The notes beneath the pieces were generated by a model. It did not search any database. It had not been told where the DNA came from and saw nothing but the letters and a program-made list of their open reading frames with translations. The position numbers were made by a program, and so were the translations under genes. A stretch of 44,571 bases of DNA, the filler included, from Catajapyx aquilonaris (taxonomy: Eukaryota): assembly GCA_000934665.2 (NCBI GenBank). It is 2 parts of 2 records of this genome, joined end to end, with 100 filler letters (N's around TTAATTAATTAA, not from the genome) between each part and the next. Parts side by side here need not be neighbours in the genome. Positions count along the whole stretch, not along the records: positions 1 to 21,754 come from JYFJ02005989.1; positions 21,855 to 44,571 come from JYFJ02005990.1. One strand, given 5' to 3'. Positions 13,561 to 26,153 of the stretch are shown in pieces (position 1 is the stretch's first letter; each line of letters begins with the position of its first letter).

Positions 13561-16500
13561 GACAATTTTAGGTTCATTAGGTACCGTATAAGTTGTGTTT
13601 TAGGTAAGTAGGTAAGGGCCTACATTTTTTAAACACAATATAGTACCTATTAAGGTGGATGGGTTACATGAATCTGTTGTCCAATAACACTTTTCCCTGC
13701 CACGTCCGTCTTCCCCGCATTCCTGGTACTTCGACAACATCGTCCTCCTCCTCGCTTGAATGCAACTGTACAGGGCGTACCCCCGGCTTATGGAGAAAAA
13801 AAAGGACTCTATGAACGGGTCATCCTACTACAGTCTAGTCTTACATTCATGAATGTTATATCCTCAAATTCTGTCCACTTGCTATAATAATGATTGTATG
13901 CTACAATCTCACATTAAACATGTAATGAGGCTACAATACAATACAATCTCCTCGGCTGATGATTTATCTTGATCTCAAGGGAGTATGATTGGTGCTCCCA
14001 CCTTCAGAATAATGTGTGGAGGTTGAGGAGTTCCACAGGTTAATTGACCACATCACTGTTGATAGATCTGGATAAACATTTGATCTGTTTATTCCAAAGT
14101 AGGACTTTCATTCGTAACATGGATATCTAGCAAAATAGAGCCGGTTGGGGGCTCTGATAGCTCCGCATTTTATATTATGCATCTGCCATTAAGCGTGATA
14201 TTGGATGTGGCGTCCTATGCATTGTATTACACTTGTTGTAAAGTTACACTTAACCGAAGTGTCCCTTTTTCTCTGCGCGTGAAAATAAAGGCTCTTGGAA
14301 ACTTCTGTAGTCCATAATGAATATATTTTCTTTGCGCATGATCTGCAAGGACGGATTTATGATGATATTTACTTGTATAACAATTGAAACGTTGCATTGC
14401 ACTTCACACCCGATTTAGACCACCCGCTTGTATGATGCATTGTGATTTTGTTAACTTGCTAGTAGCACAGACCTTGAATGGCATCAGTACGACTTTGATG
14501 AAAGTTTACCTCAAATTGCCTTGTATGTCACTGAGTAATGTTGGGATTGTCGCACCTTGTACTACAAACTAGTTGGCAAGCCTGGAACTTAATGTGACCT
14601 GGCATTAGAGTAGTAGGTTGATGCGTTTGTAGTGCATTTCTATCATCCATGTTCGTTCATAATGCGACTTACCGGCCGCCGGATAAGTGGACTGGGTACT
14701 TACGCAGAATAGACACAGTATTTCTTCCGATATAAATTTTTTCTCCAATAAATTAATTTTACTAGGTGAGGAGTGACACGCAGCCAGGCCAGGTGTAAAG
14801 TGCATTGTACACTGACCAATGGTGGAAAAGTGGTTCTTGGTACAGTTAATACAAGTATTGAAGATATATTTTTTCTGTTGCCTGGCAGAGTCGCTCCCGA
14901 ATTAAAACAGCCACCTTCTCTAGTCAACACTCGACTCTTAGAGCGAAGAATTCCTTTAGCAACTTTCTGACACCAACAATGCAACTGCAATGCATCAACA
15001 TTTTCCAGAGTGTATAATGTATATGGAAGAGGCCAACGTAAAATATCAAATCACTTGCAGGTCCGATCGATTTGATTATTATTATTATTACTATTGTCGA
15101 TGAGTTCTCCAGTCAGTCTATTGGTTCATGGTGTCTCCGGGATGTGAACGTCTTGGGCTACGTCGCATATATCCGGGGGAATGTATGGATCTCGTTTTCT
15201 TGTATGACACACTGCCTTGTCAGGACCGTTTGGACATTTGAATCCGACCCTCTTTATGGGTGTCAAGAGTGAGGAGCAGGAGAATTATTGCAAGTTCTGA
15301 GGTCCTTGTTACACACTGACCACATTCGCATATTTTGACTGTGCACTTCCCAAGTGGAGAAAAATATCCTGCAATTGAGCGTTGAGCCACATAGTAGCAC
15401 AAGATATTGCTGTTCACGTTTTGGAATGACTGGAGATGTTGCGACTGTTAAATGGTCGAGGTTTATGAATTTGTAGCAATTCTGCTTTGAGACATCATCA
15501 TACTGCGGTATCTCGTCTCTCCCCTCCTATATTTATGTGACATGACTATGATAATCTTTTAAGGTAATGCAGAGACCTCAATGTCATGCATAAGGCAACT
15601 TCTTACAAAAAGGGGCGAATAAAAAGAGTTGAACCTATGTTACTATGCAATTCTACACCCTCAACTTTTTCTCTTAAACACGTATAAGGAGGAGGAAAGA
15701 TAATAAGGCTGCAGATATACGGCTTCCCTGCTAATTCTTGCTTGTCACCACGGAGTATACGATATTGTCTGTACTACAGACCTTATTGTAACACTGTCAT
15801 GCTCTAGTGACGATTGTCGTCTGGTTCCACTCATCTCTCTGTTGTGGAATGTTATTTGATACAGACGTAGAGATCTGATTCTCGCTTGGTAACATAGTGA
15901 ATGTACATAATTCAAATTGATGCTGAAAGTCCTAAACCGCCTAGATGAAGCCTAACTTTTCATTATAATAATACTCTTTATCACCTTCACATCAGTGGCT
16001 GTTTGTGAAAAGAAGCAAAAACATTTAAACTTTGATAGGTGGTCGTACCTATGTCCTCACGTGCGTCTCACCTTGCTCGGCCTCCCAGTCTTCGGTTGCT
16101 TTTCCCTGCATGGTTCGTTGATGGGTCGGGTTTTTGTCCTGAAACATCCTTTCCCGCCTGGTGACCCCACAATGATTGAGAGAATGGGTGACACCATTGA
16201 TCTTCGCTAGACGCAATGGGCCTAGGAACCAGTAGGAAGAGTTGACCTTCCTCAATGATAATATTTAAAACTGTTCTGATTTTTGCTACTATACGGAGCA
16301 CCCGCAGTTATCTCAATATGTGCCCTTATCCTGAAGATTATTCGTGCCGTGCAAAGGACAGTCACCGTTCGAGACACCGGACTAAAGATGGCTGCCTCCA
16401 CATTAGAGTTAAAGACGACACCACCTGTCGACATAGCGTGAACCTCTAGTCTAGTGCCACTTCCAGCCGCCAGTGGCGTCAGGCGCTGCTACCCTCTCTA

Positions 16501-19500
16501 CCCTAGAAGAGTCTTCTTCGGCTTGCTAAGGAGGACGCTCTGCCCACGGGCCAATCCACTCCAGGGGCCGCCCCTGGTCCAGCCCCTAGTGCTGGGGACG
16601 AGGGAGAGACATGCCCAGCCTCTGCAATAGCCAGGTGCCTTTTTATATCAATGAAGCCAGCATGCAAATGATAGCGTTCGATTTTTGGCCAGTCCTAAGC
16701 TGAAGATAATTGACACTTTTTTTCCTAAGCACACACTGGAATCTGGAAATATATTGGGTAATCATGTTGCTATTTTGATGCTACTTTTTTTTGGATCGCT
16801 ATAGGATGTCTACAGCTGGATGTTTGGCATGCAGCTGTTGCAGGACCACCTTTTTTTGCGATTTGGACAGTTTGTCTAAAAGTCTGGGTGTGAGTTGACA
16901 TTTTGAGGAGCTATTTTATCAGGTGGGCGTGACCTTCTGTACCTTGCCATGCTGCCAGGGACAGATAACATATATTATTTTATATTTTGATCAGTCCAAC
17001 TGAGACATGGTCGCAGATGTCACAAGATAATGCTAAACTTCATTTTTCTTTTGGGGTTCTTTGGCTTAGTGTGGCTTTCAAGTGGAATGATTCAAGTCGT
17101 ACTAAAGGACCTTCACATATTACACTCTTTTTTGTCATAAAATTTGTACAAGTTCCTTATGTGAACTTGTAGCCTCAAACCTACCTTATACTAATAGGGA
17201 AAAACAGAACCAGTCCATCTACAACTCACAATTTTGACATGTGCCCTTCTCAGCATGTGTCCTTACTTTTACTTTGACTATTAACGAGGTGTCGCATGTT
17301 GCTAATGAAGCACAGTCCCTCATTCAGTCCAGAAACCTGAACTGCCCTTCTCTCCTGCAGAAAAAGGAGGTATGTATTGTGTCTGCAGAGACTTCTGGTG
17401 GTCGAATGAATAATCATACACCTGGCTAGGGAACAAACTTGCCTGTTCTTTCAGAGGAATGATGTTGGGGAATTCAGGTAAAATGAGGATAAATACAGAC
17501 GCTCGATGTTCCTGTGGCATATGTTCAAGTCCGGCTGCCACATGTGCATTGTAACAAATATTAAAGGTGAATTAAAATGAGCACAGAAATAACTTATCGT
17601 CATATTATTACATTCTTGTTACCACAACAGCAGCTTGTGCTGTTGTTCAACTCTGGTGACTGAAGGGGAATGGCAGGTCTCTGAAGTGAATTACACCTTG
17701 GTTGGGTTCTTGTAGCAATTGATCGGATTTGCTGCTTTTGAGGGATATAATATCCACACAAACAAACAAATAGTGACGTAAAAAGGGAGTCACAAGTGTA
17801 ACGTCTTCTGGGTCTTGTACTTTGTTTGCGATACTGGGAATCTTATTGTCCTTCTATTATACGCTTATGCGCTTTCAATCCGCTTATTAAGATTTGATAA
17901 TTATAGATTATTATACTATCCTGTGTACTGAACAGGAGAGCAATGGCCCTGGACAGTCAAAAGTGGACCAGGTCTGTGAAGCTGATGAAATGGTTGCTCT
18001 CAGATACTTTTGTAATAGTAATAATTCTTGCATGTGTTCCAATTTAATGATATTGCAAAAACAATGTTGACACATTTTTTTTCATATATCATATGTGACA
18101 GTAAATAAAATATTGTCATCAAGTGCCTTACATTTTTGGATACTGATGAGTATCGCAAATTAAAAGGTCCAATACCTGTTTGGACCATCGCATCATATCG
18201 GTCAGAGAAGACACCTACTCCTCAACTTTCCTGTTTTAATGAGCCAGTGCAGCAGAGAATTTCTGCACAATTTTCCTTCTGGGAATCCTCACTCTTTCAG
18301 GTCTTGGGAGAGCTGAATCTGTGCCTTACTTCGTTAGGACGACCTCCTGTGATGTTCTGTTCTCCTTTGCAATATCATGTTGGCGGGTGTAAAGGCCAAA
18401 GGCTGCGGGTCGTAAGATTCTGTTTTAAAGGTGTACTCGTTCAGTTGTGGTCCGTATAGTAGTATCGATCAATAATGAGTATTACTTACACCACGTTTTA
18501 GAAATGTAGCACCACAATAATAAATTCTTACATTGTAGAACCCACCATGGCATGGGGACTTCAGTTAATATTGGCGACAGCTCTTTCATTATTTTTTGGC
18601 AGGGTAAGGTCTTTTTGAGGTAGTATTTCTTTCCTTTTCCCTTCTTTCTCATAGTGTCAGTCTTCATATGTCCCACGTGTGAGACAGTGTTAGCATCGCA
18701 CGTGTCCCAAAGGAGACACACATGTTCTCTTGAAATAACTGCTTTTTAATCACAGTCTCACATATACAAGCTGCCGGCCTCCGGCTCCTTGATTTTCTGC
18801 AGCTGCTTCGCTTGACGCCTGAAACCGGTGGAACCGCAAGAGCCTGAAATATTATTTGCAGAGTCTGTCACATGTTCGTTGCTATCAGCCTCTAGACACA
18901 GTTTTTAATACTACTTTTGAGCGTGAATGGCCCCAATCTTGCCATGCCCTTATTTACATGCTAGTATGACCAATTTAATCACACATGATGTAATAATATA
19001 TCATATGATTCTGAAAAGCTCCTATCAATTTCTTTACATCTGGAAGTCTTAATTTGAACACTACTTGTGTAGCTCTTGCACAACAATTCCCACCAATAGT
19101 AATACTGTGAATATTGTGACAATGAATAAATATATCAACGGCGGTTGCAGCCATGAATGTCATTGGCTCAAGGACCCCGGCCAATCCAGAGACGACAGAC
19201 TCCTCGGGTGGAGGGGACACCCGACCCTGGGGGTGTGGGAGTATGCAACAGTCTAATGTGCCGAGGTGGCCCTGCGGCCATCTAGGCAACCCACACCCAC
19301 TCAAGATATCCAAGACATGATACAATATTAACGCACAATAGCAGTTGAATCCATAATAACAGTTGTAATTCTGCTTTAGCTTGTGATGTCTTCTGAACAA
19401 CCCTCGTCTTCATATATAATATCGTAATATCTTGATATTTTAAGAGCTCCCTTCCAGGAAAGAGGGAAAACCTCTCCTGGCCACTATAGGTGTACTATCA

Positions 19501-21564
19501 AAGAATGACGTCTGGCAGTTTACTAATTCTAGCTGGGTTAGGCGGTTACCGTAATTGTGAAAGGAATCCATGCCAATCGTCTCTACCTTGTTTAGAGCAG
19601 CGTCGCCCTCTTTATCCACTGTACAGCTCGGGTATCCAGTGAAATTAGTTCTGAGCCCCTTACCCTGAAAGGATTTTTTTTGCTCTGAAGTAAACTCTAC
19701 TTAAGGGCAGCAGACACTTCTCCAGGAAGGGTCTTTGGAAAGAAGAGTCCTGCGCATTATGTCGAGTTCCCTGACTCTTTTCGCCGTGTGCACATTGAAA
19801 TTCTGTCAGCAAGGGATTGACCTCAAGACCCAACAAACGTATCCCTAGTAACCTGAAAGCGACCACAAGGTATGCTGTAAGGACACCAGCAAGTACAGTC
19901 GAGTTCGTGTGTGAGGTACAGCTACTGCTGTATTGACAGCGTATACCATATGTATGATAATGTCCCCCTCAAGACCCATAATGGTCTCACGCGGTACTTT
20001 TTAAATAAATGTCTGATAACAGGGGGAAAAGGGAGACTCTTTTAATAATTAGCTGTTGATTGAGCAAAGAGAAATTAATGGATCCCTTGACCTTCAAGGC
20101 GGTAGTCAGGTTATCTTGGTTTCAAAGCTCTTTTGCGATGAACTATTGCCCGCCGGACGGAATCGAGGTTTCCATCTGGTTTTCATTGGTATTCCAGACA
20201 GACACGTGGAAATGCAGTAGTGCGCTGTGCTTCAGCTTCACAGTAAGACTCTTCAATATGTTCGTGCTGACATGTTGAGCAAAAATACTCTTACCCTCTG
20301 GTGTTAAGGATATCAGCAGTTCGTATATTGTGTTTCATATGAATATTTTTTTAATTCCAAAATTTGAATGCTCCGAAGTTTTTTCTGGTAATTTAGGGGC
20401 TATTTAATATCTGTACATCAATTAATGTTACACACGTGAATATCCTACCCATCTCATTGTTCGTCGTCGGCTCCTTTTTAGGAAGGTTGATGGTGAATCT
20501 TGACGCGGTTGTGAATATGCTGAGCATAGTGATCAACAGGAATGCCAATATTGTGCATGAAACCCGAGATACATTTGCATATAATATTAATTAGTCCTTA
20601 CTATGGAGCACTTTCCTGACCTTTTCCTCCGCCTGGTGAATATTGTATGTACTTTGCTTACGGGTTAAGGATGAAGTCGGGCCAGTCGGAAGGGATTTTC
20701 CAGTGCAGTATTATAATCTGATGGAATTAACAGCACATAGGTCGCTTCTACTGCATCAGTGTGCATGTTTCATGAGGTTTGCGCCTCTCATCTGGAACGT
20801 ACAAGAGGCATCAGGCAATGTAAGTGTCCTGAATCTTACAATATGAACTGGGGCTACAAATTTGCTGAATTCCCACCCTTATTATCAACGTGTTTATGTG
20901 GCTAATGGAAACAACATTTTTGCGTCAAAATGAAAGAGTGAAAGAGTGATTACTCAAAATCCATGGCATGTGATGTGAAGAGAGTAAATCATCCCCTTGT
21001 GCAACGTTATAAAAGAGACATGTATAGCGTGGGAATAATCGTGGCCGTTAAAAGGTGACCTTGTCGCCATATGTACATTCATTGTCGACCTTGTATGAAA
21101 TAATAGATTTTTATCACGTCAGTTGATGCGGATCACAATCATGGGAATTTCCACCCAATCTACTGCTCACGTTTCTAATGTTAAACATACTTTTATCCTT
21201 TGTATGAAACTTACCTTATTTATTTGCGCTTCTCCAGTGACCCAAACAGATATACTGTATGATCAATTTCATAATGCCTCACTGGAAAGACTTTGGAGGA
21301 GGCAGAAGTTCAGGATTATTTCCCAAGTTGGAATAGTTATGTCGGTTCTGCCCTTCGACCGGACACATTCATGAATCTCTGTAACTATTTACTATTTTGG
21401 ACGCCACGATAAGTTTCTAAGATCGTCCTGAAATTCATGGCATACTACAACAATTAACTACAGTATTTTGAACTCCGCGATAAGATAAGGAAATCGTAGT
21501 AGTCATGCTCCATATTCCTTCCAGTGGCTCTAGCAGGGGTGCAAGGCCATATTGGCCGGGTCTT

Positions 21565-21754
21565 CCCCACTCAACTATTATTTAAAGTCATGCATAGTTA
21601 GTAGTCCTTGAGGCTTTCGTATCGGAAGAGGCTCCTTTTGGCAGTCGAATGGTTCTTCCGAATTGTTCGGCCAAGGGCGTTGAAGCCAGTCATCCTGCCT
21701 GGTCTCCCGCGTGCCCCTCCTGGTTGCGACGTCGGGCACAGCTGATGCAGCGTA
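21565..21754 (-). mobile_element. Possible 3' end of a Ty3/Gypsy pol, truncated by the gap
   Basis: The minus strand reads QFGRTIRLPK and, shortly after, LKDY*, resembling the R-x-GR-x-x-x-x-P-x-x-L-x-DY integrase tail. A purine-rich GAGTGGGGAAG follows. Confidence 0.35.
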
Positions 21755-21854
21755 NNNNNNNNNNNNNNNNNNNNNNNNNNNNNNNNNNNNNNNNNNNNTT
21801 AATTAATTAANNNNNNNNNNNNNNNNNNNNNNNNNNNNNNNNNNNNNNNNNNNN
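21755..21854. other. Artificial assembly gap/linker
   Basis: Exactly 44 N + TTAATTAATTAA (stop codons in all six frames) + 44 N = 100 bp, a typical synthetic contig spacer. Confidence 0.95.
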
Positions 21855-21985
21855 ACCAATTAATCTGGCCATCATGGTGCAGAAGCAAGATATCATTACG
21901 TCATGAAATGATTTATTAAACAGAAATGTTGAAAATCAATTATAATGGTGGCATAATTTACTAACTAAACTCCTCTTTGTTTCAG

Positions 21986-22564
21986 TGTTTTACCAAGTGC
22001 GTGTTAGAAGATATGGGAACTGTAAGTAGCCTACACTAGCTCATCAATATACTGATGTTACAATTGACATAATACTTCTTGTAAAATGTATTGTATACTT
22101 GTCTATTTGTAAAATGTATTGTATACTTGTCTACTTGTAAAATGTATTGTCTACTTGTAAAATGTATGTCTACTTGTCTACTTGTAAAATGTATTGTCTA
22201 CTTGTCTACTTGTAAAATGTATTGTCTACTTGTCTACTTGTAAAGGTATGTGTTTGTCTACATAGATGGACCAGTTTGGACGACTCCTTCCCATGAAAGT
22301 GGCAAACTTGATTGCACCAGGTGAAGACGAAAGGTCATACCGAGCAGTACTTGGAAGCGCCTTCAGCTCATGTCTTGACCAAGGTGATTAATATTAATAT
22401 TATTAATAATAAAAGTATCAATATTACAAGTATATTGTTCTTGCACTTTTGAAGTGGAAGAGGAAATGTCTGAATCTGCTTCGATGGAGGAAGATTCCTG
22501 CGAGCTGGTGAACAGAGTGGTGGACTGCGCAGGACCCGCAGTGGCGCAACAATGTTCCTACTAA
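21986..22564 (+). CDS. OBP-like gene A, 5'-partial (signal-peptide and C1 exons not found, probably lost at the assembly gap)
   Basis: Exons 21986-22021 (CFTKCVLEDMGT), 22266-22383 (MDQFGRLLPMKVANLIAPGEDERSYRAVLGSAFSSCLDQ) and 22455-22564 (VEEEMSESASMEEDSCELVNRVVDCAGPAVAQQCSY*). GT-AG introns keep the frame. Shows C-X3-C and C-X8-C-X8-C. AATAAA at 22624. Confidence 0.8.
22073..22250 (+). repeat. Intronic minisatellite in gene A
   Basis: About 6 imperfect copies of CTTGTAAAATGTATTGT(C/A)TACTTGTCTA. Confidence 0.9.
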
Positions 22565-23003
22565 AACAATGCTTGTTTGCATTAAAATGTGTCTAGTATA
22601 TATTGCTAAAACCTACAGATCTGAATAAACTAAAAATTTGACTAATATTGACCTTCATTTTTGGAAAATCAAAAAACTCGCCGCATGAAATAGTACCACT
22701 GTTGTCCGCATGGCCCTAAAAGTGGCAGTAGTGTTCAGAGAGGGAGGATGCGCCATCTATGTGAGACGTGCGGTACTACATGGACAGTGTTGCCAAGTTT
22801 TGCCCATAATAAAATATTGCACTCTATATGCTGATGTCACATTATTAGTAACAACTGCTTACCTCATCCGAATTATCTGGTTCTATTTTGCGTGCAAAGA
22901 TGATTGAACGTGTATTTATACCGTTTCCGGCATGAGTGCAGCGGATATGTTTGGCGAGGGTTATTGCAACTCTGGGTTGAGTGCACATGGGTTGTCTGCA
23001 AAA

Positions 23004-23987
23004 ATGGTGGTTTCTACAATTACTCTGTTTGTGTTGCTGTTAATAGCTGCGACACAAGCTGCCAATGACGTAGGTTACCAGTACCAACTATTATTAATGT
23101 GAAATGATGTTGACATAATATCATAACAGACACTAAAACTTATTGCTATGTTTTATTGCAGGATATTGAGGACTATTGCAGATTTTTGAACTACCAATCG
23201 CAATCAGTCGAAAAAGCCAAGAGTGACTGCGCTTTTTCCAACAATGACGTACATGTTTTTCCAGTGATCTTAGCAATTAATTTACACAACTCACTAATCA
23301 AGGCCTTACTTTCAGTGTAACCTGAGATGCATTTTTCTTAACCTGAAAGTGGTAAGTACAACATTTGCTAAATTGAGTTATCTCAACATTTTAAAAAGAC
23401 ATTGCTAACTATTGTCCTGCGAATATTTTGGCATAAAATGATATTATGTGGACAGCTGGATGCAGAAGGATGGCCTGTCCCGATAAGAGTCGCTGCAGAG
23501 TATGCCCCTGGCGAATCCAACTGGATGCTTCGAGAAGCCCTCCTAAAATACTACGAAATGTGTTTAAATCAAGGTACAATATCTGACTAATCTAATCAAC
23601 ATTTTGCACCCCATTAACTTCACAACAAAATTAATTCCATGGAGCAGTCCCGATCACGAGAGGTCGAGACACAAACGATTGCACTAAGCTGTGGCCAGTG
23701 ACTCAATGCGTGGACCAAGCATTGTTGTATGTAAGTACTATAGCAGCAGCCATATAAGCCAAACCAGGACAAACACGCAAACAAACAAACATTGTCTTTT
23801 ATATGTAAGTTATATAGAAACCTAATAAAACCGGGGTGACTTCAAATACATATAGTTAATTTGTGAAGCATACGAACTAACTTGTAAGACATTTATTAAT
23901 TTCATTTACACAAATGATGTGTTATTAAGTAAATAACGCTCTAATGACATTTTAAATTTTCAGGAATGTAATGGCTACAATAAGTGA
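23004..23987 (+). CDS. OBP-like gene B, secreted 8-Cys protein, 137 aa, 6 exons
   Basis: Exons 23004-23069, 23162-23248, 23316-23351, 23456-23573, 23648-23730, 23964-23987, all GT-AG. Protein: MVVSTITLFVLLLIAATQAANDDIEDYCRFLNYQSQSVEKAKSDCAFSNNDCNLRCIFLNLKVLDAEGWPVPIRVAAEYAPGESNWMLREALLKYYEMCLNQVPITRGRDTNDCTKLWPVTQCVDQALLYECNGYNK. Hydrophobic signal peptide; AATAAA at 24016. Confidence 0.88.
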
Positions 23988-24244
23988 AGCTGTCATTGAA
24001 GAATTGTGATAGACAAATAAATGTCAAAAGTGACGGAAATCCGTGTACATTTTTGTGGATGACCCCACCTTCTCTCTCTATATAGTGTTGATATTATAGT
24101 TTTGTTCTGTGAGCGATAGTTCTTGTCTGATCAAACCGGAAGCAGGCTTGGAGCATCCCCTGATTGGATGGAGACTTTAAATCCGATGTGCACATCCGCA
24201 AAGGCATCCTTTCCAGTGGAAATCCTATTGAAAGTCAGACAATT

Positions 24245-25044
24245 ATGATGCGCTGCCTGCTATTCTTCGCTCTGTTGGCCGCCTGCGCCTTCTCGGCTGC
24301 TGAGGTCAAAGTTCATATATGCTGCACCCGCTGAATATTTGCCACTATAATGTTGTCTCTCATGTACAGGCTGGAACTTGCGCTTACGCACAATACGTCC
24401 CAGAAAATGCCCAGAACGCACAACACGAGTGCCTGAGCAACAGCCCAGAGGTTAGTCTTTCACTTATTATTATTATCATAATTATAATAATTATAATAAT
24501 AACAATTATTATTATTGAATATTAATTGTTAAAATATAACAATTATTTTATCGTTTTCAGTGCTATGACAGATGCCTTCTGGAGAAGCTGAAGTCTGTAA
24601 GTGTGTCTGCTCTACGGCGTCTAAATATTGTAATATCCTGCTGACACTTCAATATTGTTAATTATGAATTTACTGCTAATTGTAGCTGGATAACGAAGGC
24701 TGGCCCCGCCCACGCAAGTTCGCAGACCACTTCATCCCAGAGGCTGCCAACCCCCGATTGCACGAGCTCCTTCGCAGAAGCTTCAGACACTGCCTGCCCA
24801 ACGGTGAGTCCTGATTTGGCCATATTTGGTCTATAATTTGTTTAATTTTTTTCTCCTCTTCTAATTAATTGTAGTCGATCTTCGATCCAACATGGAGAGC
24901 GATTGCGTCACCGTTCAGTCCATCTCTTCCTGCGCATGGCGTGCTTTCTTTAAGGTTTGAAATATTTCAATGTACCATACTGTACACGTCCGAAATTCAG
25001 TTTGTTTACTACATTCTCCCACCTTTTTTTTTCAGGAATGCTAA
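24245..25044 (+). CDS. OBP-like gene C, secreted 8-Cys protein, 127 aa, 6 exons
   Basis: Exons 24245-24304, 24370-24450, 24561-24596, 24686-24803, 24875-24954, 25036-25044. Protein: MMRCLLFFALLAACAFSAAEAGTCAYAQYVPENAQNAQHECLSNSPECYDRCLLEKLKSLDNEGWPRPRKFADHFIPEAANPRLHELLRRSFRHCLPNVDLRSNMESDCVTVQSISSCAWRAFFKEC. AATAAA at 25058. Confidence 0.9.
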
Positions 25045-25694
25045 ATACTTCCATGAGAATAAAGGCGTCCGTGTGTAATACCTGATTTGCATTGAAATAA
25101 ATATCACATTTAGCACAATTAGACATTGGTACTTTTCATTGCGTGCGACTGGTGCATGTTGTTTCAGGAATTATTACTGAAGGATCAGGAGACGTCTGGA
25201 ATAATATAAAAATTGACTCATCACAATTATCGAAATGTAATTTGTATGTAAGTTATAATAAAATCTCACTGTTACAAACGCATACGGCCATCGACTGTAA
25301 CATACCATAAATAAAGCTTAAACTCGCATATTACAGATTTTATTGGCTCCCAAATGGTGCAGTTACTGCAGTCATTATTTGTCCGAAAATTTTCACACAG
25401 TACCACCGAAGCTTCAGCTAGTTATCTCTGTACAGTGTGTAGCCTACTGTACATAATTTATCCAAAAATTAATATAGTTTTTTCGTTTCACTATAGTGAG
25501 CAGTAGAGCCTATAGTTCAGACTCTTTATTTGAAGATTTGTTACGAAAAATGTTTAAAACAATAAATTGCTGGCCATCATTATTTGCAATTTCGGACTTT
25601 AGATAAGAGTTGTTGTACCGGATGCGAACTTTTATAGGCTGGATGGGTTAGTCGCACTTTATCGAAATGTCGTGGGCGAGAAAACTGTATCTCT

Positions 25695-25771
25695 AAACCG
25701 GAAGCAGCAGTCCCACCCACCAACCCGATTGGATTAATTAATTAACTGTCACTTAGGTCATCAGATATAAA
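25695..25771 (+). promoter_or_regulatory. Gene D proximal promoter: ETS-like CCGGAAG, inverted CCAAT, TATA
   Basis: AAACCGGAAGCAG...GATTGGAT...TATAAA. The first two blocks recur upstream of gene C (24133-24169). Confidence 0.55.
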
Positions 25772-25843
25772 GCATTATGTTGCTTCCTGACACTCCCGGA
25801 TTCACCATCGAGTGTCTCACACAATAATTATTATTGTCGAGAG

Positions 25844-26056
25844 ATGCGTTTGCTGCTACTGTTTGTACTGGCCGTTGTCGGCTTCAGCCTTCCAACAGCT
25901 CAGGTAAAATTGTACAGAATATTATTATCACATACTTTATCTCACACGTTGATTTATGCCAGGCCAAAATATGCAATTACATCGATTACGTCAACCAAAG
26001 GACCAAGGACACAAACGCATTCTGTATGTCCCAGAATTCCCATCAGGTACTACTAT

Positions 26057-26153
<97 letters not shown>

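Noticed and set aside
18143..18180. CTGATGAG hammerhead-core-like word
   Set aside because: No stem II or GAAA partner at a suitable distance.
19933..19961. TTGACA-17 nt-GATAAT resembling a bacterial sigma70 promoter
   Set aside because: The context is eukaryotic with no downstream bacterial-type ORF; such a match is expected by chance in AT-rich DNA.
1..21754. Additional OBP-like exons left of the gap
   Set aside because: By eye I found no signal exon plus 36-nt C-X3-C exon chain here, although a manual scan could miss one.
22073..22250. Repeat array of about 28-nt period, superficially CRISPR-like
   Set aside because: There are no unique spacers and no cas genes; it is an intronic minisatellite.
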